64,000 nucleotides of DNA. Source: Klebsiella phage FKP3. Each line of letters begins with the position of its first letter. The first letter of the stretch is position 1. The position numbers and the translations under genes were made by a program. The notes beneath the pieces were generated by a model. It searched no databases. It was not told the DNA's origin and saw nothing but the letters and a program-made list of their open reading frames with translations. This document shows positions 54,812 through 63,724 of this stretch, piece by piece. Where the stretch lies: the sequence record PP895363.1; one strand, written 5' to 3'.

Positions 54812-55428
54812 GGTATGGGGTAGCCATTAACGATGCACCCTACAAAGTAAGAGAGAATGGAACCCTCTGCCCTATTTATACTTGTTGGGATAACATGCTT
54901 AAACGGTGCTATGATCCTATAGTGCAGAATAAACACCCCACGTATACTGATTGCACAGTCTGTGAAGAATGGTTGCAATTTTCCAATTTCCATGCTTGGA
55001 TGGTTAGCCAAGATTGGGAAGGTAAGGAGTTAGATAAAGATTTACTTAGCGGGGAAAGTAAGGTGTACTCTCCTACTCACTGCTGCTTCTTACCAAAACA
55101 CATTAACTCTACCATAAAAGATGTTAAAACTGGCTCCCTCCCGTTAGGTGTGAGTTACAAACAAAGATCTTCGGACATGACACAAGAATTAAAACGCCCC
55201 TACCAAGCCCGAATCTCCGTTGGTGGTAAGAGAAAACAATTAGGGGTGTTCGAAACTGCGCTTGAAGCACACCGCGCATGGCAACTTGCTAAAGTTGAAG
55301 TATTAAGAACTTTAGCTTTGGATTTAGAGCCTATCTTGTCCCAAGCTATGTTACAACTTGGACAGCAAATAATGGGAGACTACATGACAGGAATAGAAAC
55401 AACAAAATTAACAAGGAGGCCAAAATGA
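54778..55428 (+). CDS. AP2-domain DNA-binding protein, paralogue of 21397-22068
   Basis: LPLGVSYKQRSSDMTQELKRPYQARISVGGKRKQLGVFETALEAHRAWQLAK (AP2-like) plus a shared N-terminal CxYxxW...NPTYxxC...EWLQFSNF block. Confidence 0.45.
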   Translation: MPRDSLRPRKLRYGVAINDAPYKVRENGTLCPIYTCWDNMLKRCYDPIVQNKHPTYTDCTVCEEWLQFSNFHAWMVSQDWEGKELDKDLLSGESKVYSPTHCCFLPKHINSTIKDVKTGSLPLGVSYKQRSSDMTQELKRPYQARISVGGKRKQLGVFETALEAHRAWQLAKVEVLRTLALDLEPILSQAMLQLGQQIMGDYMTGIETTKLTRRPK

Positions 55429-56237
55429 GAAGACTTTTGATCGTGAGCGGTGCTGGACTTAGCGCCGATAGCGGTGTGCGTACATTTCGTACCGATACCG
55501 ATAGTGGGAAAGCACTATGGGACGAGTATGATCTTGCTGAAGTGTGTGATATTGGTGCATTCCAAGCTGGCTATCGCCGCCGTACATCCCCTGATGTGCC
55601 TGTTGTAGGTGGTATTGATGATGACGGGATGGATTTGTACGAGAAGACCAACAATTTCTACAACAAGCGTCGTGTAGAACTAGCAACTGTAGAGCCTAAC
55701 GCAGCTCACTTGCAAATTGCTAAATGGTTTGCAATGGCTCCTGAGCGTGTCTACAACATCACGACTAACGTTGATGATCTGTTGGAACGTGCTGGTGTGG
55801 CTCGTGAATCTGTACTCCATGTTCACGGCTATTTACCTGAGATCCGTTATCGTTTAGAGCCTAGTTCTCAAGAAACACTGGTGGACGTTGGCTACGCTCA
55901 TGTGGATATCGACGCATTCCACTGGGTTAAACCTAATGTTGTGTTCTTCGGTGAGGCTGCACCTCTTTACACCGACATGTATGCACTATTCGATACTTTA
56001 ACTGCTCAGGATATGGTGATTGTAGTTGGCTGCTCTAACCAAGTAATCAACTTTAACTGGGAACTGTTTCCTGCGCTAAACATGGGAACCAAGATGATCG
56101 TTGTTAACCCCGGCTTGAATTATCTTGAACAAAACCTCTATGAAGAAAGGGGAGTCGTTGTTTACTATGCAGGAGCTGCTGAGACCTTCAGCAATGCACA
56201 TTTCATTAAGATGGTGGAAGATCATCTGAATGGATAA
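55425..56237 (+). CDS. Sir2-family (sirtuin/CobB-like) NAD-dependent protein
   Basis: LLIVSGAGLSADSGVRTFR matches the Sir2 signature GAGISxxSGIPxFR; later VVGCSNQV as in sirtuins. Confidence 0.55.
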   Translation: MRRLLIVSGAGLSADSGVRTFRTDTDSGKALWDEYDLAEVCDIGAFQAGYRRRTSPDVPVVGGIDDDGMDLYEKTNNFYNKRRVELATVEPNAAHLQIAKWFAMAPERVYNITTNVDDLLERAGVARESVLHVHGYLPEIRYRLEPSSQETLVDVGYAHVDIDAFHWVKPNVVFFGEAAPLYTDMYALFDTLTAQDMVIVVGCSNQVINFNWELFPALNMGTKMIVVNPGLNYLEQNLYEERGVVVYYAGAAETFSNAHFIKMVEDHLNG

Positions 56238-56242
56238 TGAAA

Positions 56243-56266
56243 GGGGCGAAAGCCCCTTTTCTTTTA
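56243..56266 (+). terminator. rho-independent terminator ending the plus-strand block
   Basis: GGGGCgaaaGCCCC followed by ttttctttt. Confidence 0.55.
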
Positions 56267-56342
56267 ATAGCGTCTGTAACGCTCTAAAACGCACTCTAAG
56301 CGCTTTTAGTGTAAAGTAGTACATCGAGTCATGTTACATATA

Positions 56343-56380
56343 GAAAAGCCCTCAGAAACGCGCTGAGGGCTTTATTTTAT
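56343..56380. terminator. bidirectional terminator hairpin
   Basis: GCCCTCAGaaacgcgCTGAGGGC followed by tttatttta; A-run upstream. Confidence 0.45.
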
Positions 56381-56450
56381 TCATCACTAAAGTAACCTGC
56401 AATGAGTACAACGATTACCAGTATTACTAACACTCCTTCCCAAAATCCTA

Positions 56451-56675
56451 TCAATGTACCCCCTTAGTATATAGTTCAATAACTAAATCATCATAATCGG
56501 ATATCCTAGCAATCTGATCTGTATGAAGGTAAACCTCTTGGTAATGATGAATCTTACTAATCAATACACAATGCCATAACCCATCTTGCATCTTTTCTCC
56601 AACATGAACCCCTACACTAAATGGGAAAGGATTATCTACTAAGAAAGCCATACACCCTTCATTAATCTCTAACAT
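56451..56675 (-). CDS. hypothetical protein, 74 aa
   Basis: ORF. Confidence 0.3.
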   Translation of the reverse strand: MLEINEGCMAFLVDNPFPFSVGVHVGEKMQDGLWHCVLISKIHHYQEVYLHTDQIARISDYDDLVIELYTKGVH

Positions 56676-56886
56676 AATTCCTCCTTAGTTCATCTAAGAC
56701 ATCTTCAAACTCGTCTGGGGTGAAATGAAATAGTCGTGAAGATAGCTCCTGGATGAGTTCTTCCATTGCAATATCTTCTAGTAGAGGTTGTTCGTCTTTC
56801 AGATAACGATTAGTCCACCCACAACCACAATTTCCCCCTGCAACATAGTTATTACACACTTGACAGTATAAGTAAAGACCATCCAT
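56662..56886 (-). CDS. hypothetical Zn-binding protein, 74 aa
   Basis: CQVCNNYVAGGNCGCG. Confidence 0.3.
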   Translation of the reverse strand: MDGLYLYCQVCNNYVAGGNCGCGWTNRYLKDEQPLLEDIAMEELIQELSSRLFHFTPDEFEDVLDELRRNYVRD

Positions 56887-56930
56887 AAAATTCCCCTATA
56901 AGAAAACCCGCACTGGGCGGGTTTATTTTA

Positions 56931-57683
56931 TTAGTGACTACGTGTTTTGAACTTATTGTCTTTTCCAAACCATTGACAAGAAGCTTTTACTTGACCCTGT
57001 TCATCGAAGAAGTAACTGTGATGAGCCTCTTTACCGGTGATATCAATCCAATCAATGCTAGTAGAAGGGATAGTAACATTCTCACGAATAACCAAGCCGT
57101 CTACATTACGTTCGGATGTTACAGCAACAACTTTATCTTCCGCACGTACAACAATATTAACTACACGTTTAGTCAAATGACTAGAACCATCCCGGTAAGA
57201 AATATAAACTTTAGTTTGTGTCTGTTTCTTAGGCTTTTGTTTTACTTTAGTCTTTGATTCTTTTTGTTCAATTAAAAGAAGATCAGCATCGCGGTAACTA
57301 TTAATTAAACCATTTCCCCATTTAACAGTGATCCCTAAATGGCCACGGTCAAGATCACGTTGGTCATAACGAGTAACTGTACCTACTACATCAAGAGGAT
57401 TAGAGCTTTCTTTTTTGCCGGAGCGAGAGTCAACCCATTCGCTTTTAGGATTCAGAAAAACTTTACTACCTACCTTTAAGGATTTAATTCGATTGTCTTT
57501 TTCAGAAACTGTATCTTCAATCAGTTCTACATTGCCCTTAGAAAAATACCAAAATCCATCGTTAAACGTGTTTTTAATATCAAGGGCTACACCAACGTCG
57601 TAATCCTGAACAACATCAAAAACTTTACCAACTACCTGAGCATCAAAACTATAACCTGCTGGACTAATAACTTTTGCTTTCAT
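56931..57683 (-). CDS. hypothetical protein, 250 aa
   Basis: ORF; terminator-like hairpin ACCCGCactgGGCGGG downstream at 56893-56925. Confidence 0.35.
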   Translation of the reverse strand: MKAKVISPAGYSFDAQVVGKVFDVVQDYDVGVALDIKNTFNDGFWYFSKGNVELIEDTVSEKDNRIKSLKVGSKVFLNPKSEWVDSRSGKKESSNPLDVVGTVTRYDQRDLDRGHLGITVKWGNGLINSYRDADLLLIEQKESKTKVKQKPKKQTQTKVYISYRDGSSHLTKRVVNIVVRAEDKVVAVTSERNVDGLVIRENVTIPSTSIDWIDITGKEAHHSYFFDEQGQVKASCQWFGKDNKFKTRSH

Positions 57684-57691
57684 ATTTTCTC

Positions 57692-57982
57692 CTATTTATT
57701 CTCTTTAGTAAAATAAAACTGTTCAAACTCATAACGAGTAACAATCTCCATAGCATTCTTAGTACCATATCCTAAGTACGGTTCAGGTAGCACTCTGTTA
57801 TTAAACAGACAGTCTTGGCCTCGCATATAAATATTATTCTCTGGGCTTACTGAGATATAATCTTTACTCAGGGATGAGAACTTTATCTCCCCGTCATCAT
57901 CCCTTACCACGACAAGAGCATACATAGGCCAATCTAAGCCTTTATCTTTCAGTTTATCATAAACTTCTTGTACGAGTTCCAT
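57692..57982 (-). CDS. hypothetical protein, 96 aa
   Basis: ORF. Confidence 0.3.
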   Translation of the reverse strand: MELVQEVYDKLKDKGLDWPMYALVVVRDDDGEIKFSSLSKDYISVSPENNIYMRGQDCLFNNRVLPEPYLGYGTKNAMEIVTRYEFEQFYFTKENK

Positions 57983-57983
57983 A

Positions 57984-58367
57984 CTATCTCCTCAATTTGT
58001 GTTTTTCCAGTCTTGTTACTTTTATTCTTTTTGCTTTATCTTGTTCAAAGCACACTTGAGTTCGACCAAACTTCACATACCGTGAATCCACTTCCCACAC
58101 CTCCAGCATAGCGCCTTGCTTGCAACTAGCAGAAAACATCTCTGGATCAAACCAATTGTACAGTTGGCTCATTGAAGAGAAAGCAAAGCGGTGGTGGTCT
58201 TCAACATCTCGGATACCATCGTCAGTAGGACGAGGATGCTGTTCATCCATCATCCCAATGTCTCGGTTGATTGCGTTGCTTACAGCTTGGCTCATGGTAA
58301 CACCAGGTTTTACTTCTGTGTAGTAGAAACCTTTACCGTCCTTCCCTGCCACACGCCACAACTTCAT
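57984..58367 (-). CDS. hypothetical protein, 127 aa
   Basis: ORF. Confidence 0.3.
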   Translation of the reverse strand: MKLWRVAGKDGKGFYYTEVKPGVTMSQAVSNAINRDIGMMDEQHPRPTDDGIRDVEDHHRFAFSSMSQLYNWFDPEMFSASCKQGAMLEVWEVDSRYVKFGRTQVCFEQDKAKRIKVTRLEKHKLRR

Positions 58368-58486
58368 TTCATGAGTCTCGGTAAAATAAGACCAAGAACC
58401 ATCCCTGCAATTAAAGCAGCAATCAAACTATATTTAGCAGCTCCGAAGATAACCAAGACTGCAATTATGATCACAATTATTGACAT
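58364..58486 (-). CDS. small hydrophobic membrane peptide, 40 aa
   Basis: SD GAGGAGATAAT-ATG; MSIIVIIIAVLVIFGAAKYSLIAALIAGMVLGLILPRLMK. Confidence 0.3.
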   Translation of the reverse strand: MSIIVIIIAVLVIFGAAKYSLIAALIAGMVLGLILPRLMK

Positions 58487-58513
58487 ATTATCTCCTCAAA
58501 TAGTGAACTATTC

Positions 58514-58669
58514 TTCTTCCGGTTTATCTCGGTTTGGGGAATATACATGGGATGGATTGAAACCTTTAAAACTGCCTCGGCCTTTGCGAGGACAATTGAA
58601 AGTCTTAGCTTGATGATCTCCAAATGACTTACCACAATGCGTACACTTAAAATTAGTTTCAGTAAACAT
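58514..58669 (-). CDS. Zn-ribbon protein, 52 aa
   Basis: SD AGGAGAATTAC-ATG; CTHCG...CPRKG. Confidence 0.3.
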
Positions 58670-58726
58670 GTAATTCTCCTTGTTTAGATAGGCTACACCT
58701 ATTAAAGAGTAGCCTTTGATAGTTTA

Positions 58727-58846
58727 AGCCTTATTAAAAGCTTCTTTAATTTTGCTGACTACTGTTTTAGCTGTACTAATTAAGTTATCTTGATATTTAT
58801 GTGCAAAATAACCTAACACAAACATAATAATGCCACTAATCATTTC
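58727..58846 (-). CDS. small membrane peptide, 39 aa
   Basis: SD AGGAGTAGAA-ATG. Confidence 0.25.
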
Positions 58847-58852
58847 TACTCC

Positions 58853-59485
58853 TTACTTATATGGATAAAATAACACACCTGAAGAGATCTCTTCAGCATA
58901 CACTTTATGATTACTTTCAATATACTTTAATTTCTCTGGCGTCTCAATATTAGGGACAGGGTTTTCCCCAAAAACATCTTCAGAATGTATGTAAGACAAC
59001 CCTCGCACAGGAAAGCCCCAAGCATTGTTATGTCCTGTTAAACCTGCCTGTAATGCTCTCCGAGATCGCCCTGCATCTTCATAACCATACCTGTTATACG
59101 CAATATTATAACCACCAATAACATCCATTGCAACCTTATCTTGATACACGAAACAACCTAATGCGCTAAACCAATATTGCATTTCTTTGTCACTAGATAC
59201 AAACTGACCACCAAATACTTCTGGAATAGCCATATAATGGATGTTATGCTCAGAAGCTTGAGTGATGAAATAATTTTCCCAACCAGGTTTTGTAGGGAAA
59301 CAATCATCATCCAATATAAAAATATGATCATAACCGTCAAAGTGCTCTAACACTTTATTACGAGCATGGCTTGGGCCTAAACGTTCCTTATCTGTGTAGA
59401 TAAAAACCCCATGTTCACTGTTTTCAAATAGTTTTCTATTAATCGTGCGAACACCCATAGTAATCACACCGATACCAATTTTCAT
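58853..59485 (-). CDS. GT-A fold glycosyltransferase (putative)
   Basis: MKIGIGVITMG...HARNKVL...DHIFILDDDCFP (DxD motif); the track ORF extends to 59545. Confidence 0.4.
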   Translation of the reverse strand: MKIGIGVITMGVRTINRKLFENSEHGVFIYTDKERLGPSHARNKVLEHFDGYDHIFILDDDCFPTKPGWENYFITQASEHNIHYMAIPEVFGGQFVSSDKEMQYWFSALGCFVYQDKVAMDVIGGYNIAYNRYGYEDAGRSRRALQAGLTGHNNAWGFPVRGLSYIHSEDVFGENPVPNIETPEKLKYIESNHKVYAEEISSGVLFYPYK

Positions 59486-59501
59486 TTTGCAATATCCTTC
59501 A

Positions 59502-59662
59502 TTAATTATTGGCTGCAATAATTGAGGTAATAGATCCAATAGCAAGACTCCCTAAAAAGACAGCAACACCATCGAGTCCATAATTAAATAGAACACTACC
59601 TCCACAAAGCATAAAGAATGATACCACAAATCCTACCAAAAACACAAGTGCTATTTTCATGT
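59502..59662 (-). CDS. small membrane protein, 51 aa
   Basis: ATGA overlap with the upstream gene; hydrophobic. Confidence 0.25.
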
Positions 59663-60028
59663 TTCAACTTCCTCCAGTTCACCAGCGTTGTTTAGCTGGT
59701 ACACAGCAATCACACGATCACCTCTCTCGGCGCACCAGCGATTAAACTTTATAGTATTTTCAATAAAAGCTTTAGCATCTTCTATGGTATTAAATATACA
59801 ATCTTCATTACCAGTGAATGTGTAACCTTGATAAGTGGCCCAATAAGGAAACAACCAAAGGAATTTTCGAGTCCGTTGAACAATATACACACTCTCTTCT
59901 TCAAACCGTTGTCGTTCTAAAATTCTATATTGTTTTGTCATACCACCATTCCTCCGCTTAGGATTTATCCGAGCGCCGAAGGCGCGATCTTTAGTATATA
60001 GCGATTTACTTCTGTGCGGTATCCGCAC
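59657..60028 (-). CDS. hypothetical protein, 123 aa
   Basis: ORF. Confidence 0.3.
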   Translation of the reverse strand: MRIPHRSKSLYTKDRAFGARINPKRRNGGMTKQYRILERQRFEEESVYIVQRTRKFLWLFPYWATYQGYTFTGNEDCIFNTIEDAKAFIENTIKFNRWCAERGDRVIAVYQLNNAGELEEVET

Positions 60029-60044
60029 ATTGTAAACGCTTAAA

Positions 60045-60376
60045 TCACCACCACCAGTGAATGATTACACGTTCACCGGGTTGAACGCCTTTGTGTTCAA
60101 GCCAGAAGTAGACTGCCGGGTAATTTTCAAAAAGATCCTCACCCAAGTTAGATTTGAGCATGTAAAAGTCATTACCAAGTTCGTAATCCTCCCACATCTG
60201 GATTACTTGTTTTTCAACTTCCACAGGGCAATCAGACCATTGTACATCAAAATACCATACTTTGGTTACAGAATCGTGACCATCAGAAGGTTTATTCCAT
60301 TTATTTCCGTAAGACGTATCTTTTCCAGACAGAGATGCAAGGTATTCCTTGCCTTGTGTGATAGTGAAACTCATAC
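60045..60376 (-). CDS. hypothetical protein (about 110 aa from the internal ATG)
   Basis: ATGA overlap with the upstream Zn-finger ORF. Confidence 0.3.
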
Positions 60377-60595
60377 GCGCACCACCAGCCCTGTGCCACC
60401 ACAAGGCACACAACTTTCTAATTGTCCTACAGCAACAGCTACCCAGCCTGTACCGCCGCAGTAAGGGCAAAATGTTTTTTCTTTTTTGTGAGTCATAAGC
60501 TCTTTCAGCGCTTCTGTAGGTGCTGCGGGTTCATTACACAGATCTTCAATCTGTGCAAAGGTTTCTTCACTCACTTCTTTAGACTTCTTAGCCAT
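60371..60595 (-). CDS. DnaJ-type CxxCxGxG zinc-finger protein, 74 aa
   Basis: CPYCGGTG...CVPCGGTG. Confidence 0.35.
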   Translation of the reverse strand: MAKKSKEVSEETFAQIEDLCNEPAAPTEALKELMTHKKEKTFCPYCGGTGWVAVAVGQLESCVPCGGTGLVVRV

Positions 60596-60604
60596 ATTAT
60601 CTCC

Positions 60605-60934
60605 TTAACTAAATATGTATATGCCAATCAGCAACAGGTAAGATACGATAGAAATGCCTATCAGAGTGCATCCACCTAAGCTCCGTAGGATCACCTTGAG
60701 CATAGGCGTCTCTAAATACATTTTCTCACAGTTTTTAAGGATTTGCACCCCAAAGTATAACACTATAGAGGCCAACACAAAGACACAAAAAGAGAATACA
60801 TCTAACATATGACCTCCAGCTATCAATCTTATCCTATTAATAGGAATTATCTGTTTTACTTTTGAGAAAAAACATGCTACCCTAGTATTATATACCGAGC
60901 GATAGCGAGGTAGTAGATTTGTTATGAGAAACAT
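60605..60934 (-). CDS. membrane protein, 109 aa
   Basis: Multiple hydrophobic segments. Confidence 0.3.
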   Translation of the reverse strand: MFLITNLLPRYRSVYNTRVACFFSKVKQIIPINRIRLIAGGHMLDVFSFCVFVLASIVLYFGVQILKNCEKMYLETPMLKVILRSLGGCTLIGISIVSYLLLIGIYIFS

Positions 60935-60939
60935 GTTAT

Positions 60940-61016
60940 GTTAATCTATCTACTACCTATTAACCAATTAACTAATAAACTAATTAATTATTACTAATTA
61001 ACTATCTATTTATTAA
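60940..61016. repeat. AT-rich region with TAATTAA / AACTAATTAA repeats
   Basis: ccaattaactaataaactaattaattattactaattaactatctatttattaattat. Confidence 0.35.
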
Positions 61017-61445
61017 TTATAGTTCTCCTCTCTGTACAGCTAGAGCCATACGTTTAATATCATGAGCTAAAGCTAAGGCTTCATCAACAGTGAAATGGAT
61101 TCCTTCTCCTGCATGTAGAAATCCATCCTTATAAATATCTCCTATACCAATGTATACATCTTCATAGACACTACGATCTAAGAGAAGTTTTACATCATGC
61201 TTACCAATATGCAGAGTAGCTTCTACAGGAGGTAGTTTTTCTTCCTCAACAATGCAATCTTCAGGATTAAGATAAAAATATTCAAGAATCTCTCCCCACT
61301 GGGTAGTCATATTTGCAATAACGTCTTCTTCTGTAAGATAAGTAATAATTCCAGTATCACCCGCCTGTACTCCGCTAAGAAGATAATCTTCAATGTTATT
61401 ACCTTGCGGTTGAAAAACAATCTTATCCCCTACTTTAAAATTCAT
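61017..61445 (-). CDS. hypothetical protein, 142 aa
   Basis: ORF. Confidence 0.3.
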   Translation of the reverse strand: MNFKVGDKIVFQPQGNNIEDYLLSGVQAGDTGIITYLTEEDVIANMTTQWGEILEYFYLNPEDCIVEEEKLPPVEATLHIGKHDVKLLLDRSVYEDVYIGIGDIYKDGFLHAGEGIHFTVDEALALAHDIKRMALAVQRGEL

Positions 61446-61455
61446 ATCTATTCTC

Positions 61456-61758
61456 CTATCTTGGGTTACGTGCTAACCATTCTATACGTGCGGCTTGGTA
61501 GTGTCTTCTTAATAAATCTGCTGGAAGATGATCTTCATCCTTTTTGTAGTAATCTCTATAGGCAGAGTATGCTCCTGCAAAACTTGCATGTCTGCATAAT
61601 AGTCTTAAATGTCTCATTGTCTCTTCATATGCTTTCTCTTCCTTTCTTAATTCTCTCATCAAGAAATGTGAAGCTATGGTGAGAATAAGCCATCCAAACA
61701 AACTTAACACTGAAATCACCAGAGCAAACTTAACTATATCATTCATTATGGAAGACAC
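61456..61758 (-). CDS. membrane-anchored protein, 100 aa
   Basis: N-terminal transmembrane segment ALVISVLSLFGWLILTIA. Confidence 0.3.
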   Translation of the reverse strand: MSSIMNDIVKFALVISVLSLFGWLILTIASHFLMRELRKEEKAYEETMRHLRLLCRHASFAGAYSAYRDYYKKDEDHLPADLLRRHYQAARIEWLARNPR

Positions 61759-61771
61759 CTTGTATGTAGCG

Positions 61772-62014
61772 TTAATGTTCTGTCACTATACCTGTTTCGA
61801 GAGTACGACGCAACATGTTTATGTCATGCTCAAGACACAATAGCACTAGATCTCTATCCCAACTTCCCATCAAATCTGTGCAAGCGGCTACCTCCTTGCC
61901 AATCCATGCTTCATCATGATACAGGGCTTCCAGATTGTTAAGCTCTGTAGAAATAGCGAATCTTTCATCTTCTGTAATTGGTGTACCCATACGTTGCTCA
62001 GTGAATATATTCAT
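61772..62014 (-). CDS. hypothetical protein, 80 aa
   Basis: ORF. Confidence 0.3.
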   Translation of the reverse strand: MNIFTEQRMGTPITEDERFAISTELNNLEALYHDEAWIGKEVAACTDLMGSWDRDLVLLCLEHDINMLRRTLETGIVTEH

Positions 62015-62022
62015 ATACTTCC

Positions 62023-62286
62023 TTATCTCATTAAAGAAAGGCTAATACCAGTTTTATTTTCAGTGGTATACGTAGTAGTTGCATACCATCTGCTATTCGT
62101 GCCTCTATTGTTGAATCTTTGATTAGTTAAATGGTTACGATGATAGTAGTGTACAACCCCTGTTTCTAGTAGATCAGGATCTTTCACCATTTTCTTCAAA
62201 TCATAGTAATAGGATTCGAAAGCTTTAGCTCTACACACTATGGCTTTACTCTTAACGTTTTGTAGCACTTTGTCTGCCAGAGTCAT
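62023..62286 (-). CDS. hypothetical protein, 87 aa
   Basis: ORF. Confidence 0.3.
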   Translation of the reverse strand: MTLADKVLQNVKSKAIVCRAKAFESYYYDLKKMVKDPDLLETGVVHYYHRNHLTNQRFNNRGTNSRWYATTTYTTENKTGISLSLMR

Positions 62287-62314
62287 ACTCTACCTCTCTA
62301 AGTTAATTACCTAG

Positions 62315-62566
62315 TCAGTTGTCTTGCTTATATCTTACATACCTCTGACAGTCCTTGTCAAGGAACTTTTCAGCATCTTTTTTGTATTTTAGATAGATAC
62401 ACTCTTCTGTTTGTACCTTCTGCTTATGTGCAGCACCACTTGCGAGTTCTGCCAGCTTATCACACACTACTAAAAAGAAAGCCCCTAAAACCCCAGCTAA
62501 AAACCAACACAGTATACGTCGCATAGCGCCTCCTAAGTAAGTGTCAACCCCATTAACAGGAAGCAT
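62315..62566 (-). CDS. membrane protein, 83 aa
   Basis: Transmembrane segment ILCWFLAGVLGAFFLVV. Confidence 0.3.
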   Translation of the reverse strand: MLPVNGVDTYLGGAMRRILCWFLAGVLGAFFLVVCDKLAELASGAAHKQKVQTEECIYLKYKKDAEKFLDKDCQRYVRYKQDN

Positions 62567-62696
62567 ACTGGAATTGGAATTAGTTGTAAAGCTCTTTCCT
62601 TCGGGGTAGAGTATTTATCTGCGTTGCTTATACAGCACCAAGCGATGTATGCGAACATACACATGATGACAAAAGATTGACTAACCATATATCCTC

Positions 62697-63197
62697 CTAA
62701 ACTGTGTAGTTACGGCGGCGCTGCTTTGCAGGCCGAGGCTTTAACTCAGCACATAAGTCCTCTGGTTGCATCCATTCGTGTGCATGGCGACAGTAGCTGT
62801 GCCACTTACCGTCTAAGTAGAGACAATCTTCGTCCACTGGAGCACAAGGTTTAATACGAATGTCTGTAAAACCTTTACTCACCCAATAGTTACGAATAGC
62901 CGGGTACATGTTTAAAACATTATCATAGTCCCATACACTCTCATCATTTAAACGGTACGCAGCAGGTAAAGTCTCCTCCTGTGGAATAACATTCATCAAG
63001 AATGTTATGGTTCCTAAACGAACATCTGAAATAGAATAATGTAACCTAACATGTGCGTTAATGAAGTCTTCTGCAAGTTCCGTTGTTGGGAGAGATATAT
63101 ACACATCATCGAAGGATGAAGTGCCACTTAACCAACAAGACTGGACTCGCCAATGGTAAACGGGATATTTATTCTCCATAAGGCCACCCAGAAACAT
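62697..63197 (-). CDS. hypothetical protein, 166 aa
   Basis: ORF. Confidence 0.3.
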   Translation of the reverse strand: MFLGGLMENKYPVYHWRVQSCWLSGTSSFDDVYISLPTTELAEDFINAHVRLHYSISDVRLGTITFLMNVIPQEETLPAAYRLNDESVWDYDNVLNMYPAIRNYWVSKGFTDIRIKPCAPVDEDCLYLDGKWHSYCRHAHEWMQPEDLCAELKPRPAKQRRRNYTV

Positions 63198-63366
63198 TCT
63201 CCAGTGGCTTATAGAAGTCGGCTATACGGCGTTTCGCTGTTTCAAGCTCTTCCATTGTGTCCAGCGCCTGAGTAATGAGAGTTTCAATATCTTTATCTGT
63301 TGCATCACAATCACCATCCATATTTAGCTGAAAAGCCCACTTCTCTAACTCTTCTTTACTGATCAT
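63169..63366 (-). CDS. hypothetical protein, 65 aa
   Basis: ORF. Confidence 0.3.
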   Translation of the reverse strand: MISKEELEKWAFQLNMDGDCDATDKDIETLITQALDTMEELETAKRRIADFYKPLENVSGWPYGE

Positions 63367-63517
63367 ATCTTCTCCTCAGAATATTTACGTACACCATGAT
63401 CAAAACCTGCTTCCCACTCATTAAATGGTCTACTCCCCACCCTGTACGGGTTACGACGATAGAATCGCCCATATGAAAGAGCATGGACAAATCCCTCAGC
63501 ATACCAAACACTACGCT
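63353..63517 (-). CDS. small protein, 54 aa
   Basis: ATGA overlap with the downstream ORF. Confidence 0.25.
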
Positions 63518-63532
63518 CTTTTTGCATGTTAA

Positions 63533-63724
63533 TCACCACTTAGTTTTGATGTAAACCCATAAAGCATCAAACATTTGCATCATTGCAAACATAGCCAAGC
63601 TATACGTTACAGCATCCCAACCATCATAATAATACACCCCGAACCCTGTGGCAATTGCACCATTAATCACCAGATTAATCGGAGGCGCCCCCATTTTCAA
63701 ATTTCCGCGAGTCCCAAATATCAA
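63533..63724 (-). CDS. small membrane protein, 63 aa
   Basis: Hydrophobic Gly-rich segments. Confidence 0.3.
   Translation of the reverse strand: MIFGTRGNLKMGAPPINLVINGAIATGFGVYYYDGWDAVTYSLAMFAMMQMFDALWVYIKTKW

Noticed and set aside
58191-58613. 140-aa plus-strand ORF
   Set aside because: It is antisense to three SD-supported minus-strand genes.
60057-60464. 135-aa plus-strand ORF
   Set aside because: It is antisense to the 60045-60376 minus-strand gene, and the operon context is entirely minus.
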